Shown: positions 44,624-54,561 of the stretch, piece after piece
How the letters are laid out: each line of letters starts with the position of its first letter
How positions within the stretch are numbered: the stretch's first letter is position 1
Source of the DNA: a virus
Virus record (IMG/VR): IMGVR_UViG_3300031673_000022
Coordinates: 1 to 64,000 of that record
Strand: one strand, 5' to 3'
Length of the DNA: 64,000 bases
The notes under the pieces: model-generated
Database searches by the model: none
What the model was told of the DNA's origin: nothing
The model's input: only the letters and a program-made list of their open reading frames with translations
Made by a program: the position numbers and the translations under genes

Positions 44624-47314
44624 CTACTTGGTTTTGACGGTCCACTTGGTGACCTTTTTTGTGCTGCTTTTCTTAGCAGACTTCTTCTTGGTGGTCTTCT
44701 TCTTCTTGCTCTTGTCCTTTGCCTTCTTGCGGGCAGCACCGAGGAGAGCGGGAGTCTCTTCATCTTCGGGAGCGCTGTCCTCTTCGGGCGTGCTGTCCTC
44801 GGCAGTCTCCTCGGATGCCTCTGAGGCTTCCTCAGATGCCTCGTCGTCCTCGTAGAGTTCATCGTCGAGGTCCTCGTCACCCGCGATGGTCTTCACCTTC
44901 TCACGCTTGGCTCCGACCGTGGAGACGTCGCCCTCGTCGGTCACGAGGGTGTTCTTGCTCTCACGGTACTTCTTGATCGCCTCGCCGTTGATCAGCTTCG
45001 AGCGGCACATCTGGTAGATCGGTCCTTCGCGTCCCTGCTCCTGCAAGACTTGCTCGAAATGGGAACCAGACTTGAAGTCCATATCCACCGACGGATCGAG
45101 TCCCACGATGCTCGGCAGCTTGCCGCGCTTCACGAGGTACCCAGCGAGCTTGCAGAAGTTCAGCACGTCGGAGGCGATGTCGATGCCGACACCAAGGTTC
45201 AGGTGGATCTGTACCTCTTGAAGCGGGATGAAGTTCTTGTTCTTCTGTGTCTTGAAACGCATGAGTTGGAGGCTACGACCATCCGGTGTATCCACACTCT
45301 TGCCGCGACCGACGCGCACGAGGTTCGTTGTGGCGAACTTCCAGGCGTTCCCGCCGGGGAGGTTCTCCGGTGCCTGGTACGGGTTACCGACGTTCGCTCG
45401 GATCTGATTCATGGCCACGATGCTCACATGCTTGTTCGAGATGAGCGTCTGGATGCGCTTCCACCCGAGCGAGTGCATCGCGGCATCACGGCCGGGCTGC
45501 TTGTTACGCGGGTCATCGACCCACACCTGCGGGAGCATCGCAGCGACGGTGTCGATGAAGATGACCGCCTGGGGAAGACCAGCGTGCTTGTCCGGCAGGC
45601 TGTCGCAGAAGTTGTAGATGAAGTCGTACCCAATCTCACCTGTCTTGGGACGGAAGTACCGGACGCGGCTGTAGTTGACACCGATCCCGGGCTGCTCGGT
45701 GTACTTGCGGTCCGTGGTGCCCTCGTAGTCGAGGATGGCCACGGGGATACCCAAGCCAGTCAAGTAGGCAGCGGACGTATAGCCCAAGGTGCTGTTGTGC
45801 GTGACGAACCCGTTCGCGATGAAGGAGTGGGTCTCCGGCATCTCCACGTCGAACACGGGCTGCTCACCAGCGTCTTCGACGCCCTCGACCTGGTCGTAGA
45901 AGTAGCCGGAGGACTCGATCTCTTGTAGGCGTGCTCGGAGAAGCGGGTCCCAGTCACCCGTCTCGGTCGCGTCGAGAATCTCCGTGAGGCGCCGGTAGCT
46001 CAGCCTCACCTTGGGGGAGGCACCCATCACGTCGTAGAAAAGCCGGTTGTGGTCGCGTGTCGTGCCGCGGTTGGAGTCATAGAAGTCCCGCAGCATCAGA
46101 CCGAGGTTGGGGATCGAGTGACGGCGGGAGTTGGCCTCCTTGCCTTCCATGTCAGACAACGCGGCGACGTAACGCTCCTTCACCTTGGCCGAACGGGCTC
46201 CGATCTTCTCGATGAAGGAACGGTAGTCCTGGCCGGTCAGGTGCAGACGCCAGTAGTCCGTGTTCGGGTAGTTCTTAGCTACCTTGGGAGCTATAGTACC
46301 GATGATGCCGAACATCTGAAGCATTAGCTTCACATCGTGCAGAAGCTCAAAGCTCGCGGAGGTGACCTCGATGGAGGTGGGGCTGGCAAAGCTCTCACAA
46401 TCGAAGTAGCCACGCAGGAAGGAGGCGGATCCTTCCTTATCGAATCCACGAACACGGGAGGGTACGCGCTTGAACCGGGCGACACCCACCTCACTTCCCC
46501 AGGTCTCGTAGAAGGCGGTTACGCCCTCCTTCGAGTTGAAGTGATAGGACGTGCTAGTGGACGTCTTGTCGTATGTCTTTGGGTCTACGCCGAGCAAAGC
46601 GGGGCCGTGAGACTTGATCACAGCCTCGACGTCGGGGTCGTCGTTGGTCATCAACAGACGCCGCTCGCCGAAGTGGGCATCAGCGACCAGAGCGCCCAGC
46701 AGGTATGCCTGCTCCTCCGCGACCTGCTCCGGACCGAACGACGGTGCCGTGGAGCGCAGGAGATAGTCACCGGGGCGCAGAGCGGCAGTTGTTCGCCACA
46801 CCCAGTTACCGCCGTCGGACATGACGAGGTGCGGGTGGTTGGCTGTGGACTCGATCCGACCACCGCTAGAGGTCATGATGCGAGTAACGGGCTTCCGTCC
46901 GTTCATGAACAGACGGGCGCTGCGCTCAGCGTGCCCATGCCTGTTGATGAGAGGCATGCCGAACTCGACAACCTTGTTCGTACAGACTGCCTCGTGGTCG
47001 GCTCGCTTGAACACCTCTTCAAGCGTCAGTAGCCCCAGTCCGGTGTGGATCATGCTTGATTTTACAAGGCATTTCCCTGAGTGCTCAGGACCGTAGAATT
47101 GGATGACCTGACCACCGTAGTAGCCGCCACCCAACACGAGGTCGAGCCCGAGGCAGCCGGTGGAGAGGAAGTCCTCTGACCTCTTGACCTCAAGCTCGAT
47201 CGACTTGAGTTCACCCTCCTTCTCCAGCTTGCCCATGAGAGCAAATACGTCGGCGTTACCAAGCGCCTTGTTGTCGGGGGAAGGCTTGATCTTGGCTTTG
47301 GCTTTCTTAGCCAT
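44624..47314 (-). CDS. recA: RecA-like recombinase containing an intein
   Basis: STG..LD..LGGG, Walker A GPEHSGK|S split by the intein, DYE, Walker B IFIDTVAA, MNQIR, PGGNAWKF, KNK; acidic then Lys-rich tail. Confidence 0.9.
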   Translation of the reverse strand: MAKKAKAKIKPSPDNKALGNADVFALMGKLEKEGELKSIELEVKRSEDFLSTGCLGLDLVLGGGYYGGQVIQFYGPEHSGKCLVKSSMIHTGLGLLTLEEVFKRADHEAVCTNKVVEFGMPLINRHGHAERSARLFMNGRKPVTRIMTSSGGRIESTANHPHLVMSDGGNWVWRTTAALRPGDYLLRSTAPSFGPEQVAEEQAYLLGALVADAHFGERRLLMTNDDPDVEAVIKSHGPALLGVDPKTYDKTSTSTSYHFNSKEGVTAFYETWGSEVGVARFKRVPSRVRGFDKEGSASFLRGYFDCESFASPTSIEVTSASFELLHDVKLMLQMFGIIGTIAPKVAKNYPNTDYWRLHLTGQDYRSFIEKIGARSAKVKERYVAALSDMEGKEANSRRHSIPNLGLMLRDFYDSNRGTTRDHNRLFYDVMGASPKVRLSYRRLTEILDATETGDWDPLLRARLQEIESSGYFYDQVEGVEDAGEQPVFDVEMPETHSFIANGFVTHNSTLGYTSAAYLTGLGIPVAILDYEGTTDRKYTEQPGIGVNYSRVRYFRPKTGEIGYDFIYNFCDSLPDKHAGLPQAVIFIDTVAAMLPQVWVDDPRNKQPGRDAAMHSLGWKRIQTLISNKHVSIVAMNQIRANVGNPYQAPENLPGGNAWKFATTNLVRVGRGKSVDTPDGRSLQLMRFKTQKNKNFIPLQEVQIHLNLGVGIDIASDVLNFCKLAGYLVKRGKLPSIVGLDPSVDMDFKSGSHFEQVLQEQGREGPIYQMCRSKLINGEAIKKYRESKNTLVTDEGDVSTVGAKREKVKTIAGDEDLDDELYEDDEASEEASEASEETAEDSTPEEDSAPEDEETPALLGAARKKAKDKSKKKKTTKKKSAKKSSTKKVTKWTVKTK
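45794..47071 (-). mobile_element. Intein (426 aa) with LAGLIDADG homing endonuclease
   Basis: Starts CLVK, block B TANHP, LAGLIDADG helices YLLGALVADA and FLRGYFDCES, ends FIANGFVTHN followed by Ser. Confidence 0.92.
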
Positions 47315-47326
47315 GTGGGGTCTCCG

Positions 47327-47827
47327 CTAGGTGCGCAGCTTGTCTATTTCCGAAGACAGCGCGTCAAAAAGGTTCACGAATCCTGTGAGGCTGTATTCAG
47401 CCCTCCGCCGGAAAGACCGGCCCCCGACGTCTTGCGCCAGGAACTCCCCGTTGTCACCGACCGACACCGAGGAGCGGAACAACACTCGTGAACGTCGCAC
47501 CAAGCGGACCTGAGGTAGCCAACAAACACCAAGCTGCGTCATGAGCTTGGTGTTGTCGCGGTCAAGGAGTAGACGCTGGTAGACGACGCTCGACGGGCGT
47601 TGTTCCGCCCAATTCGAGAGGGACTCATCGAGAGGCCCTCCACGCTCAGTCAGGACGTCCGTTACCTTCAATGAGAGCGCAGGCAAGCCCGGCTTCATCT
47701 TGGGAACGTCCTTGCTGTTCTCCGTAAGGAGAAGAAGTAGGTACTTACTACCAGCACGAGTGAACACGTCGTTCACCTCGTCTAAGGCAGTAGGCGCCTC
47801 TTCCTCACTCCTTAGGAGAACCAGCAA
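47327..47827 (-). CDS. Hypothetical protein, possible thioredoxin-like fold without CxxC
   Basis: LGVCWLPQVRLV resembles the cis-Pro loop of Trx folds. Confidence 0.4.
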   Translation of the reverse strand: MLVLLRSEEEAPTALDEVNDVFTRAGSKYLLLLLTENSKDVPKMKPGLPALSLKVTDVLTERGGPLDESLSNWAEQRPSSVVYQRLLLDRDNTKLMTQLGVCWLPQVRLVRRSRVLFRSSVSVGDNGEFLAQDVGGRSFRRRAEYSLTGFVNLFDALSSEIDKLRT

Positions 47828-47830
47828 GGG

Positions 47831-48817
47831 TCAGTCCTCGTCGTCTTCGTCGGCGGGGGCATCGTCTTCGTTCGCCGTGGCGTACGTGCGCGAGACTCCC
47901 TCGTCCTCGTCTTCCTCATCCCAAGGGAGGTCTCCGTCATCGTCATCGTCGACGACGGACTCTACGACCTTGCGCTTCTTGCCAGCAGGCTTGTCCTTGC
48001 TGGCGGGCTTCTTCTTGGTATCCTCCGAATCGTCATCCGGGATCTGCTCGTCATCGTCATCGTCGAACGAGTCGTAGTGCTCGGCAGACTTGGCCTTCGT
48101 CTTCCCCGGCTTCTTGGCAGCGGCGGCCTCACCACCACCAGCCAGGCCAAGCTGAACGAGCTTGGCTTGCACTTCGGCGACGCTGGGCTGGCCCTTCTTT
48201 GCCAGTTCGGCGAAGTTCACCTGGGAGTAGTAGGTCTTGAACGCGCGGAACTCCTCCTTCGTGAGAGACACGAGGGGGTTCTTCGTGGCGACGTGTACGG
48301 GGTACTCCGTCTTGCTGTTCTTCTCCTCGATGTTGATCGTGATGTCGAACCCGAACTTCGGGTCGGTCGCGTCGGGAAGATCGTCTTCCTCCCAACCTTC
48401 GGGCGGCTCATCCTCGAATGCGTTGTTGGAGAGCTTGACGATGTCGTTGGTCGCCTTCGGCGTCAGGCGGATCGGCTTGATCTGCAAGTTGCCACGGCGC
48501 TGCTCCGAGCGGTCGAGGCAGTAGGCGTAGCTGTACTTCGTGACGCTGTACCCCAGCGCGCACAGGGGGCAGCCGCGAGTGTCGTCGCCAACTTCCTCGT
48601 CGTAGTCGTGGTTGATACAGAGTTCAAAGAACCCTGTCTTCTTCCCCTTCTGCTCGGAGAAGAACTCAATCCAGTGCATCGGGACGACGCACAATTCGTC
48701 CCCCAGGCGAATCCGCTTGGGCTTGGATGGGTACTGGAACTGCTCGTCCTTGAACGACTCGTCCCAACGTGTCCGCTGTCCGTAACCTTGCTTTGCTGCT
48801 GCCTTCAACTTTGCCAT
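47831..48817 (-). CDS. Single-stranded DNA-binding protein (gp32-like)
   Basis: HW..C..CPLC Zn site, DPKFGFDITI..TEY motif, acidic C-terminal tail; next to recA. Confidence 0.7.
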   Translation of the reverse strand: MAKLKAAAKQGYGQRTRWDESFKDEQFQYPSKPKRIRLGDELCVVPMHWIEFFSEQKGKKTGFFELCINHDYDEEVGDDTRGCPLCALGYSVTKYSYAYCLDRSEQRRGNLQIKPIRLTPKATNDIVKLSNNAFEDEPPEGWEEDDLPDATDPKFGFDITINIEEKNSKTEYPVHVATKNPLVSLTKEEFRAFKTYYSQVNFAELAKKGQPSVAEVQAKLVQLGLAGGGEAAAAKKPGKTKAKSAEHYDSFDDDDDEQIPDDDSEDTKKKPASKDKPAGKKRKVVESVVDDDDDGDLPWDEEDEDEGVSRTYATANEDDAPADEDDED

Positions 48818-48830
48818 TGGCTCTTTTCCT

Positions 48831-48870
<40 letters not shown>

Positions 48871-48882
48871 CTTTTGTTTTTG

Positions 48883-50268
48883 TCAGTAAAGACTGTGATG
48901 GTGGTTGGTCTGTTTGACCTTTTGGTGCCGTGCTTTCTCTTCAAGACAAGCCTGCTCGCTGACGAACATCGGAGCGATGACCTCAGCGAGCATGCAGGCA
49001 TCAATACCCGAGTTTAGCGCCCACAGCAAGACTGGAAATAGCAGGCTCGGATCTTCGCTTTGAAGAAGGGAAGCAACGTCCTCAAGTAGCTGCCGGCCTA
49101 CCGCAGCCGAGTCCCTCTCCTCGTATTCCTCCTCGACCGCCTGAGCATGTAGGATCGAATCCCCGAGCACAGCCACGGCGTCCGGTGATGACACCAGGAT
49201 GCTCTCGAAGCCAGCCTCGTCGCCGCCTTCGTCCATGTCCTGAGTAGACTTGTTGGCGTTAGCGCTGTTCGCGTAGAACATCTCAGCTCGCTCACGCAGG
49301 TCGGACACACGCTCGCTTGAAAGTTCGATCTGTCCTTTCTGTAGAAGCGATAGCTGGTACCAGGTCGTGGTTGGCAGCGAGATCACCGAGGAGAGTCGCT
49401 GCCTTTGGAGCACCGCTGAGCGGACCCACCACTGACAGTGCGCAGTGAAACTCGATCCATCGACCGGGTCATAGTTTCTGGCCGCACGGATCATCCCTTC
49501 ATACCCCGCAGAGAAGTTCTCCTCCGTCGTGGTCACGCCACGGTAGCGGTGGGCGAAGCGGAAGAGGAGACGGGCATACGCCATCGTCACCTTCTGCACC
49601 ATCTTCTCGATCTGGTCGTAGATGGACCTGACGTTTACCGTTACGTACCAAGCGTCATCGCGGTGGATCCCAACCTCAGCTTCCAGGACCTGAAGGAAGG
49701 AGTCGATCTGGACCATCGCTTCGTGGTCCCCCTCCGCCTTCGCTGCGCACCAGTCGGCCACCATCGTGGGGTAGCTGTTCATCAACGCCGTGAAGTAGGC
49801 GCCCATGTCGTCGTAGACGAGCCTAGACACACCAAGCGCGGCGACCTCCTCCGCGTTAGGCACGGTTCCCATAGCATCGTACTTGTGTAAGATGTGGAAC
49901 ATGTTGCTGAGGAAGTTGGTGTGCCGAGGTTTGATCGTGTCTGCCCAGTCATTCTGCCCCGCCGTGCTCATCCCCTCGAAGTCGGCTTCCGTGCTCTTGC
50001 GGTAGCGGGACGTGAGGATGAGGCGGTTACGGTCGGTACCCGCCAAGAGGTCGCGGGCCTGGTCACGTAGCCACGTTCGTGAGAATCTCGTGTAAGGGAA
50101 GAGGAGGAGCCGAAACACGAAGTTGACGACGAGATCGTCGTACACGGAGTATAGGTCAAGCAAGTCCTCTACCTTGAACTTCTTGGTCTTGCTTACCAGC
50201 TTTTCAAGATAGGTATGTGACTGCGAGTCCTTCTTGGACCGGTGCTTATTCGACTGAGCTGATGCCAT
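48883..50268 (-). CDS. Phage sigma70-family factor (region 2)
   Basis: AGYEGMIRAARNYDPVDGSSFTAHCQWWVRSAV matches region 2.2-2.4; ATG at 50268. Confidence 0.75.
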   Translation of the reverse strand: MASAQSNKHRSKKDSQSHTYLEKLVSKTKKFKVEDLLDLYSVYDDLVVNFVFRLLLFPYTRFSRTWLRDQARDLLAGTDRNRLILTSRYRKSTEADFEGMSTAGQNDWADTIKPRHTNFLSNMFHILHKYDAMGTVPNAEEVAALGVSRLVYDDMGAYFTALMNSYPTMVADWCAAKAEGDHEAMVQIDSFLQVLEAEVGIHRDDAWYVTVNVRSIYDQIEKMVQKVTMAYARLLFRFAHRYRGVTTTEENFSAGYEGMIRAARNYDPVDGSSFTAHCQWWVRSAVLQRQRLSSVISLPTTTWYQLSLLQKGQIELSSERVSDLRERAEMFYANSANANKSTQDMDEGGDEAGFESILVSSPDAVAVLGDSILHAQAVEEEYEERDSAAVGRQLLEDVASLLQSEDPSLLFPVLLWALNSGIDACMLAEVIAPMFVSEQACLEEKARHQKVKQTNHHHSLY

Positions 50269-50297
50269 GGTGCGTACTCTGATGTGAAGAGGGATAG

Positions 50298-50849
50298 ATG
50301 CTGCCGCTATCGAAAATCCTGCAAGCAACGCCAGAGAAGACGCGCCTAAGGGCAAGGGACCAGTGTTATGGGCAGAGCTACGCGCCACCTCGACGGAAGT
50401 CGGCGCTACGCTCACTCACGAAGAGCGGCGGTTACGCGGTCGAGGATGAAACGGGTTCGTACCGGGAGTTTAAGTACCGCACCAAGTGTACTGATGGCTG
50501 GCGCCGCGTGGTGGTCCGTTTTTACGGTTCACTCAGTAAACACACTCGTGTGTGGTGTTGGTGCGACTGCCCGTACTTCAAGTACCACTGCGAGGTCGCC
50601 CTCGCGTCGAAGGGCTCGTCAGCGGTGATCCAGTCAAACGGACAGCGCCCCCGGTTCACGAACCCTCGTCTGGAGCCCCGTATCTGCAAGCACGTCTATC
50701 TTGTGATCGCTCTAGCTATGCGTAAGCGCAAGCCAGGTGAGCAAACCAAGAACCAGCCCAGCGGTCGTCGTCAAAAAAACATGACGATCAGAGCGGTGTG
50801 GGCCGGCGATGTCCTTGGGGGAGCAACCCGCCGCGAGGTGCCCGACTAG
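50298..50849 (+). CDS. SWIM zinc-finger protein
   Basis: CDCPYF...ICKH motif. Confidence 0.65.
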   Translation: MLPLSKILQATPEKTRLRARDQCYGQSYAPPRRKSALRSLTKSGGYAVEDETGSYREFKYRTKCTDGWRRVVVRFYGSLSKHTRVWCWCDCPYFKYHCEVALASKGSSAVIQSNGQRPRFTNPRLEPRICKHVYLVIALAMRKRKPGEQTKNQPSGRRQKNMTIRAVWAGDVLGGATRREVPD

Positions 50850-50977
50850 GGATTAGCCATCCTTCTCGTCGGACTTGTCATCTTCCTTCTTCTCTTCGTT
50901 CTTCTCCTGCTCCTGCTCCTGCACCTGAGGCGCGGGAGCGTTCCCCTGCTCGGGAACCATCACGTCTGTGGCGTCGA

Positions 50978-52096
50978 CTACGTCTCCGCGAATAATGCCG
51001 CCCATGCTGCTCTCTCCTGGGTCAAAATGTCTTCAAGATTAGAGTGCGCTGCTGTGTCATACAGAGCATCACTTGTGTAAGCTACGTTACCTTCGGGCTT
51101 CAGGCACACTTCCTTGTGGCTGCACCATCGGCAGGTAGGGAGCGAGGCGATGTCGGCTTCGTTGCTGGCGAAGCCTCGCGGTAGAATCTGTAGGTCGCGG
51201 GCCTTTTGGGCCATGAGGATACGGCACCGGATCTCGCCCCACCACGAGTTGTCCTCTGGTACGGGCAAGGAGAACGACGCCACCTTGCCGGGGCTGTCGC
51301 GCGACGCGATGAAGTAGTCGACCCGCTTGATCGGTGGCAGGCTCGGGTACTTGAGTCGTAGCAGCGAAGCGTAGCTGGCTGCTTGGTGCCAGTACCCGTA
51401 CCAAGGGGTCTCACTCTCGAAGGCGGCGGAAACCTCTTCGTCCGTCATAGACAGGAGCTTCTCCACCTTGTCGTCACCAGCGGTCTTGACCTCAAGGACG
51501 ACCGAGAACGTCTTGAAGACGATCACACCATCGGTGTGCCCACGAAGGCCGATCTTGGGGTCGCTGATGACAAGCTCTTCGTACTCGAATCGATCCGCCT
51601 TACAGGTTGGGCACCTCTTGTCCGTGGGGTAGAATCCAGGGACACTAGATAAAGGCTTGCCTTGGATTCGATCCTGACACGTAGGACGGGCGCACAACCA
51701 GAATCCCCACAGCCTGCCAGTCCGCGCGAAGGCGTTTTGAATGACGTAGTGGACAGCCTTGCCGATCTCGGTGTAGTAGTTACTCTCGACGGCGAAGTCA
51801 GAAGGCATCCGCAGGCCGAGGCGTTCCATGACGTAGCGCCGGGGGCAGAACGGGAACGAGGATGGTCTTACGTCGGCAGACTTCCTCCACTGGTTGGGGT
51901 CGCTGTAGCTGACAGGTGGGTCCGCCAGCAGCGCCTTCCACGTCTTCTCCATCTTTACGTTTCGGGAGAGCTTCGGACGTGGTCCAATCGGGATGAGGTC
52001 GTTCTTACGGCAGCGCTCCAGCAGCGCTAGTGACGAGGCAGCGTTGCTGTTCTTGATTGTCTTGGTGATCTGTTTCAGACCGCGCGCCATCAACAT
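50978..52096 (-). CDS. Cas4-like PD-(D/E)XK exonuclease
   Basis: PSS..FCPR, GKAVH, GHTDG..LEVKT, QAASY and C-terminal CRWC..C. Confidence 0.8.
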   Translation of the reverse strand: MLMARGLKQITKTIKNSNAASSLALLERCRKNDLIPIGPRPKLSRNVKMEKTWKALLADPPVSYSDPNQWRKSADVRPSSFPFCPRRYVMERLGLRMPSDFAVESNYYTEIGKAVHYVIQNAFARTGRLWGFWLCARPTCQDRIQGKPLSSVPGFYPTDKRCPTCKADRFEYEELVISDPKIGLRGHTDGVIVFKTFSVVLEVKTAGDDKVEKLLSMTDEEVSAAFESETPWYGYWHQAASYASLLRLKYPSLPPIKRVDYFIASRDSPGKVASFSLPVPEDNSWWGEIRCRILMAQKARDLQILPRGFASNEADIASLPTCRWCSHKEVCLKPEGNVAYTSDALYDTAAHSNLEDILTQERAAWAALFAET

Positions 52097-52111
52097 CCCT
52101 GGGAGCAGAGT

Positions 52112-53116
52112 TTGAAGAGTAGGCTAGCTGACTTCCAAGAGAAGACAGCATCCAAGGTAGAGGAGAAAGATGAGGACTGGTTCCTTCATCAACTCGTTTC
52201 TAAGTGTCCAGATGTGGTGGTCAAGGGACGCTTCTTTGAGATGCTATGCCCCTTCCATGCCGATAGCAACATAGGATCGTTTGGGGTTAGCCGTTCTGGC
52301 GGCTTCTACAAGTGTTTTTCATGTGGTGCCAAAGGTCCTTGGAACAGGCTGGCTGCGCACATAGGAATGGAGAAGCTAGCAGTAGGGGGAGGGAGTTCCT
52401 TCGCGTCCACCCAGGATATGAAGGACGACATGACTCGCGCCCTGAGCAAAGCAGGAGTTTCGGGCAAGCGAAAAGAGAACAAACTCCGCCCTATCGTCGA
52501 GCCTTGGCCGCGCGATCGGAACTGGCGTGAAGTCGATGGTCGCATCCTGTCCCGTATCGGATGTGTCCGTGTAGTCGACCTAAAGAGGAACGTCCTCCGC
52601 ATTGGACTTCCTGTACGCAACATCGAGGGGTACCTGCTCGGGTACACCTGCCGCTCTTTGGAGCCTGAGGATGCGGAGCCCAAGTACGCCCCGCTCGCTG
52701 CTGACCGCGTGACCTGGCGGAAGAAGGAGCTACCTACAGGGGATGCTCTCTTTCTCGTAGACAGGGCTCTTGAAGAGGATTGGCAGTACGTTGTCATCGT
52801 AGAAGGCCCGTACGACGCTCTTCATCTCTACGCGCAGGGCATCCCTGCCGTGTCTATCCTCGGGACGAACAACTGGACGCCACAGAAGGCATCCATGCTT
52901 GCGGCGCTCTCGCTCCGGGCGGTGCTTGTGATGATGGACAGCGACAGGTCTGGGCAGGAAGCGCAGAGAATCGTCGTCGACGACATGTCCCACGTCACCC
53001 GCTGCAAGGGTCTTAGGCTACCCAAGCCCGGCATGGACCCAGGAAAGCTGTCGTTGAAGCAGGTGCTGTGGGTAAAGAAAAAGGCCGAGTCGATAGTCTT
53101 CGGATCGACTACCTGA
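52112..53116 (+). CDS. DNA primase (Zn finger plus TOPRIM)
   Basis: CPFH..CFSC zinc-binding domain; IVEGPYDAL and DSD TOPRIM motifs. Confidence 0.85.
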   Translation: MKSRLADFQEKTASKVEEKDEDWFLHQLVSKCPDVVVKGRFFEMLCPFHADSNIGSFGVSRSGGFYKCFSCGAKGPWNRLAAHIGMEKLAVGGGSSFASTQDMKDDMTRALSKAGVSGKRKENKLRPIVEPWPRDRNWREVDGRILSRIGCVRVVDLKRNVLRIGLPVRNIEGYLLGYTCRSLEPEDAEPKYAPLAADRVTWRKKELPTGDALFLVDRALEEDWQYVVIVEGPYDALHLYAQGIPAVSILGTNNWTPQKASMLAALSLRAVLVMMDSDRSGQEAQRIVVDDMSHVTRCKGLRLPKPGMDPGKLSLKQVLWVKKKAESIVFGSTT

Positions 53117-53244
53117 TTTGTCTCCCTGGAGGGCTCTGAATGTTCAGTGCCATTACAGGCAACATAGTCTTCCTATTGAATTGTGCATGACGTAGGTAAC
53201 TCAGGTATTGACCTGGTGCGGCAGAAGTCTTTAGCTGCTGGTCG

Positions 53245-53871
53245 ATGGCAAGAGTTCCACTCATCCCCTACGAAAGACCTGTACCCCAGGTCCTTCGTGA
53301 TGCGCAGGCTACTACTACACCTAGAGGTAAGAAGCCTGCTTCTACAAAGAAGAAGGACGTCATGGCTGCACCCAAGAAGAAGTCAGTCGCGCGTTTCATC
53401 GCGCACAACAGCGAAGACATCGAGTCCAAACACAAGGCACTGCAATCCCTGTGGCGGATCCTGTCGAAAATGGATGAGAAGGGCACCGTATTCGTCAACG
53501 ACATAGGCATCATCGGCCTCGACGGTGACGTGCCCAGTGACCGGACTCCAAAGAAGCTAGGTCTGAAGAACGACGAGATCGCTCTCATCCAGCCCTATGC
53601 GATCTACGATGGTCCCGAGGCCGATGATCAGGAGTCGGCGACGGGCGTCATCCTCACCACCTACCAACTTCTCGAAGCGGCCTTCGACCTCGGCGCACAG
53701 TCGGAGTCGGCCAAAGTCACCGCTAGTATGACTCGCGCAGCCGACGCGAATGGCGCTGAAGAGGAAGCAGAGGAAGAAGAATCGGAAGAAGAAGAAGAAG
53801 AAGAAGATGAGGACATGGATGTTCTCGATGAGGACGATGATGAGTACGATAACGATGAAGATGAAGACTGA
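53245..53871 (+). CDS. Hypothetical protein with long acidic tail
   Basis: C-terminal 35 aa almost entirely D/E. Confidence 0.6.
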   Translation: MARVPLIPYERPVPQVLRDAQATTTPRGKKPASTKKKDVMAAPKKKSVARFIAHNSEDIESKHKALQSLWRILSKMDEKGTVFVNDIGIIGLDGDVPSDRTPKKLGLKNDEIALIQPYAIYDGPEADDQESATGVILTTYQLLEAAFDLGAQSESAKVTASMTRAADANGAEEEAEEEESEEEEEEEDEDMDVLDEDDDEYDNDEDED

Positions 53872-53953
53872 CTCGTAGTACCATCGATCCTTGCATTTCC
53901 GCACAGTAGCAGTACGATACCCAACCGCCTGCCAGGCAAAAAACGGAGAAACA

Positions 53954-54487
53954 ATGCTGGACGCACGTCGCAAGCAGAAGAGTGCAGCCTCAACCACTGC
54001 CGCCCCCAAGAAGAAGAACGAGTCCAACCTCAGCGGCCCCATGCGTTCGATCGCCATCGGTCGCAAGTATCGCGAGTACGATCCCCCGATGGACGAGGAC
54101 GGTCACCCGGTGTTCCGCTCGACCTTCGACCCTGCCGGCCACTACGCCAAGGTCATCGGCGACGAGGTGAGTAAGGATCGGGTTGTGAACAACTCCGATT
54201 TCTTCAAGCACATCAATGCCACGGTGTTCGGTCCCGTGTTCGGTGCTCCGCTCCGTGGTCGCGTCGCGCGTCTGCTCATCGAGGGCATCAGCGACCAGTG
54301 TCTCGAACTGGTCGAGAAGGGGTACCGGGTCAAGATCCCCAACCTCGTCACGTTGGAGCGCAAGGAGCGCAAGGCTCGGAAGGCTCGCAACCCACGCACG
54401 GGTGATGAGGTCAGTGTCCCAGCGCGTACCGCGCTGTCGACCAAGCCGACACGCTCGGCGAAGGCGTACATGGCGAACGCCGACTGA
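53954..54487 (+). CDS. HU/IHF-family DNA-binding protein with N-terminal extension
   Basis: VKIPNLVTLERKERKARKARNPRTGDEVSVPA arm motif; GGAG SD. Confidence 0.8.
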   Translation: MLDARRKQKSAASTTAAPKKKNESNLSGPMRSIAIGRKYREYDPPMDEDGHPVFRSTFDPAGHYAKVIGDEVSKDRVVNNSDFFKHINATVFGPVFGAPLRGRVARLLIEGISDQCLELVEKGYRVKIPNLVTLERKERKARKARNPRTGDEVSVPARTALSTKPTRSAKAYMANAD

Positions 54488-54512
54488 TCGTTCGACCTAA
54501 GTCGATCGAAAG

Positions 54513-54552
54513 ACAAAGAGCCCCTGCCACTCTGGCAGGGGCTCTTTGTTTT
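54513..54552 (+). terminator. Intrinsic terminator
   Basis: 17-bp stem ACAAAGAGCCCCTGCCA/TGGCAGGGGCTCTTTGT plus T tract. Confidence 0.85.
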
Positions 54553-54561
54553 GGAGGCTAC

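Noticed and set aside
50978-52096. Cas4-like gene as a sign of CRISPR-Cas
   Set aside because: No repeat-spacer array or other cas genes were seen; stand-alone Cas4-like nucleases are common in phage replication modules.
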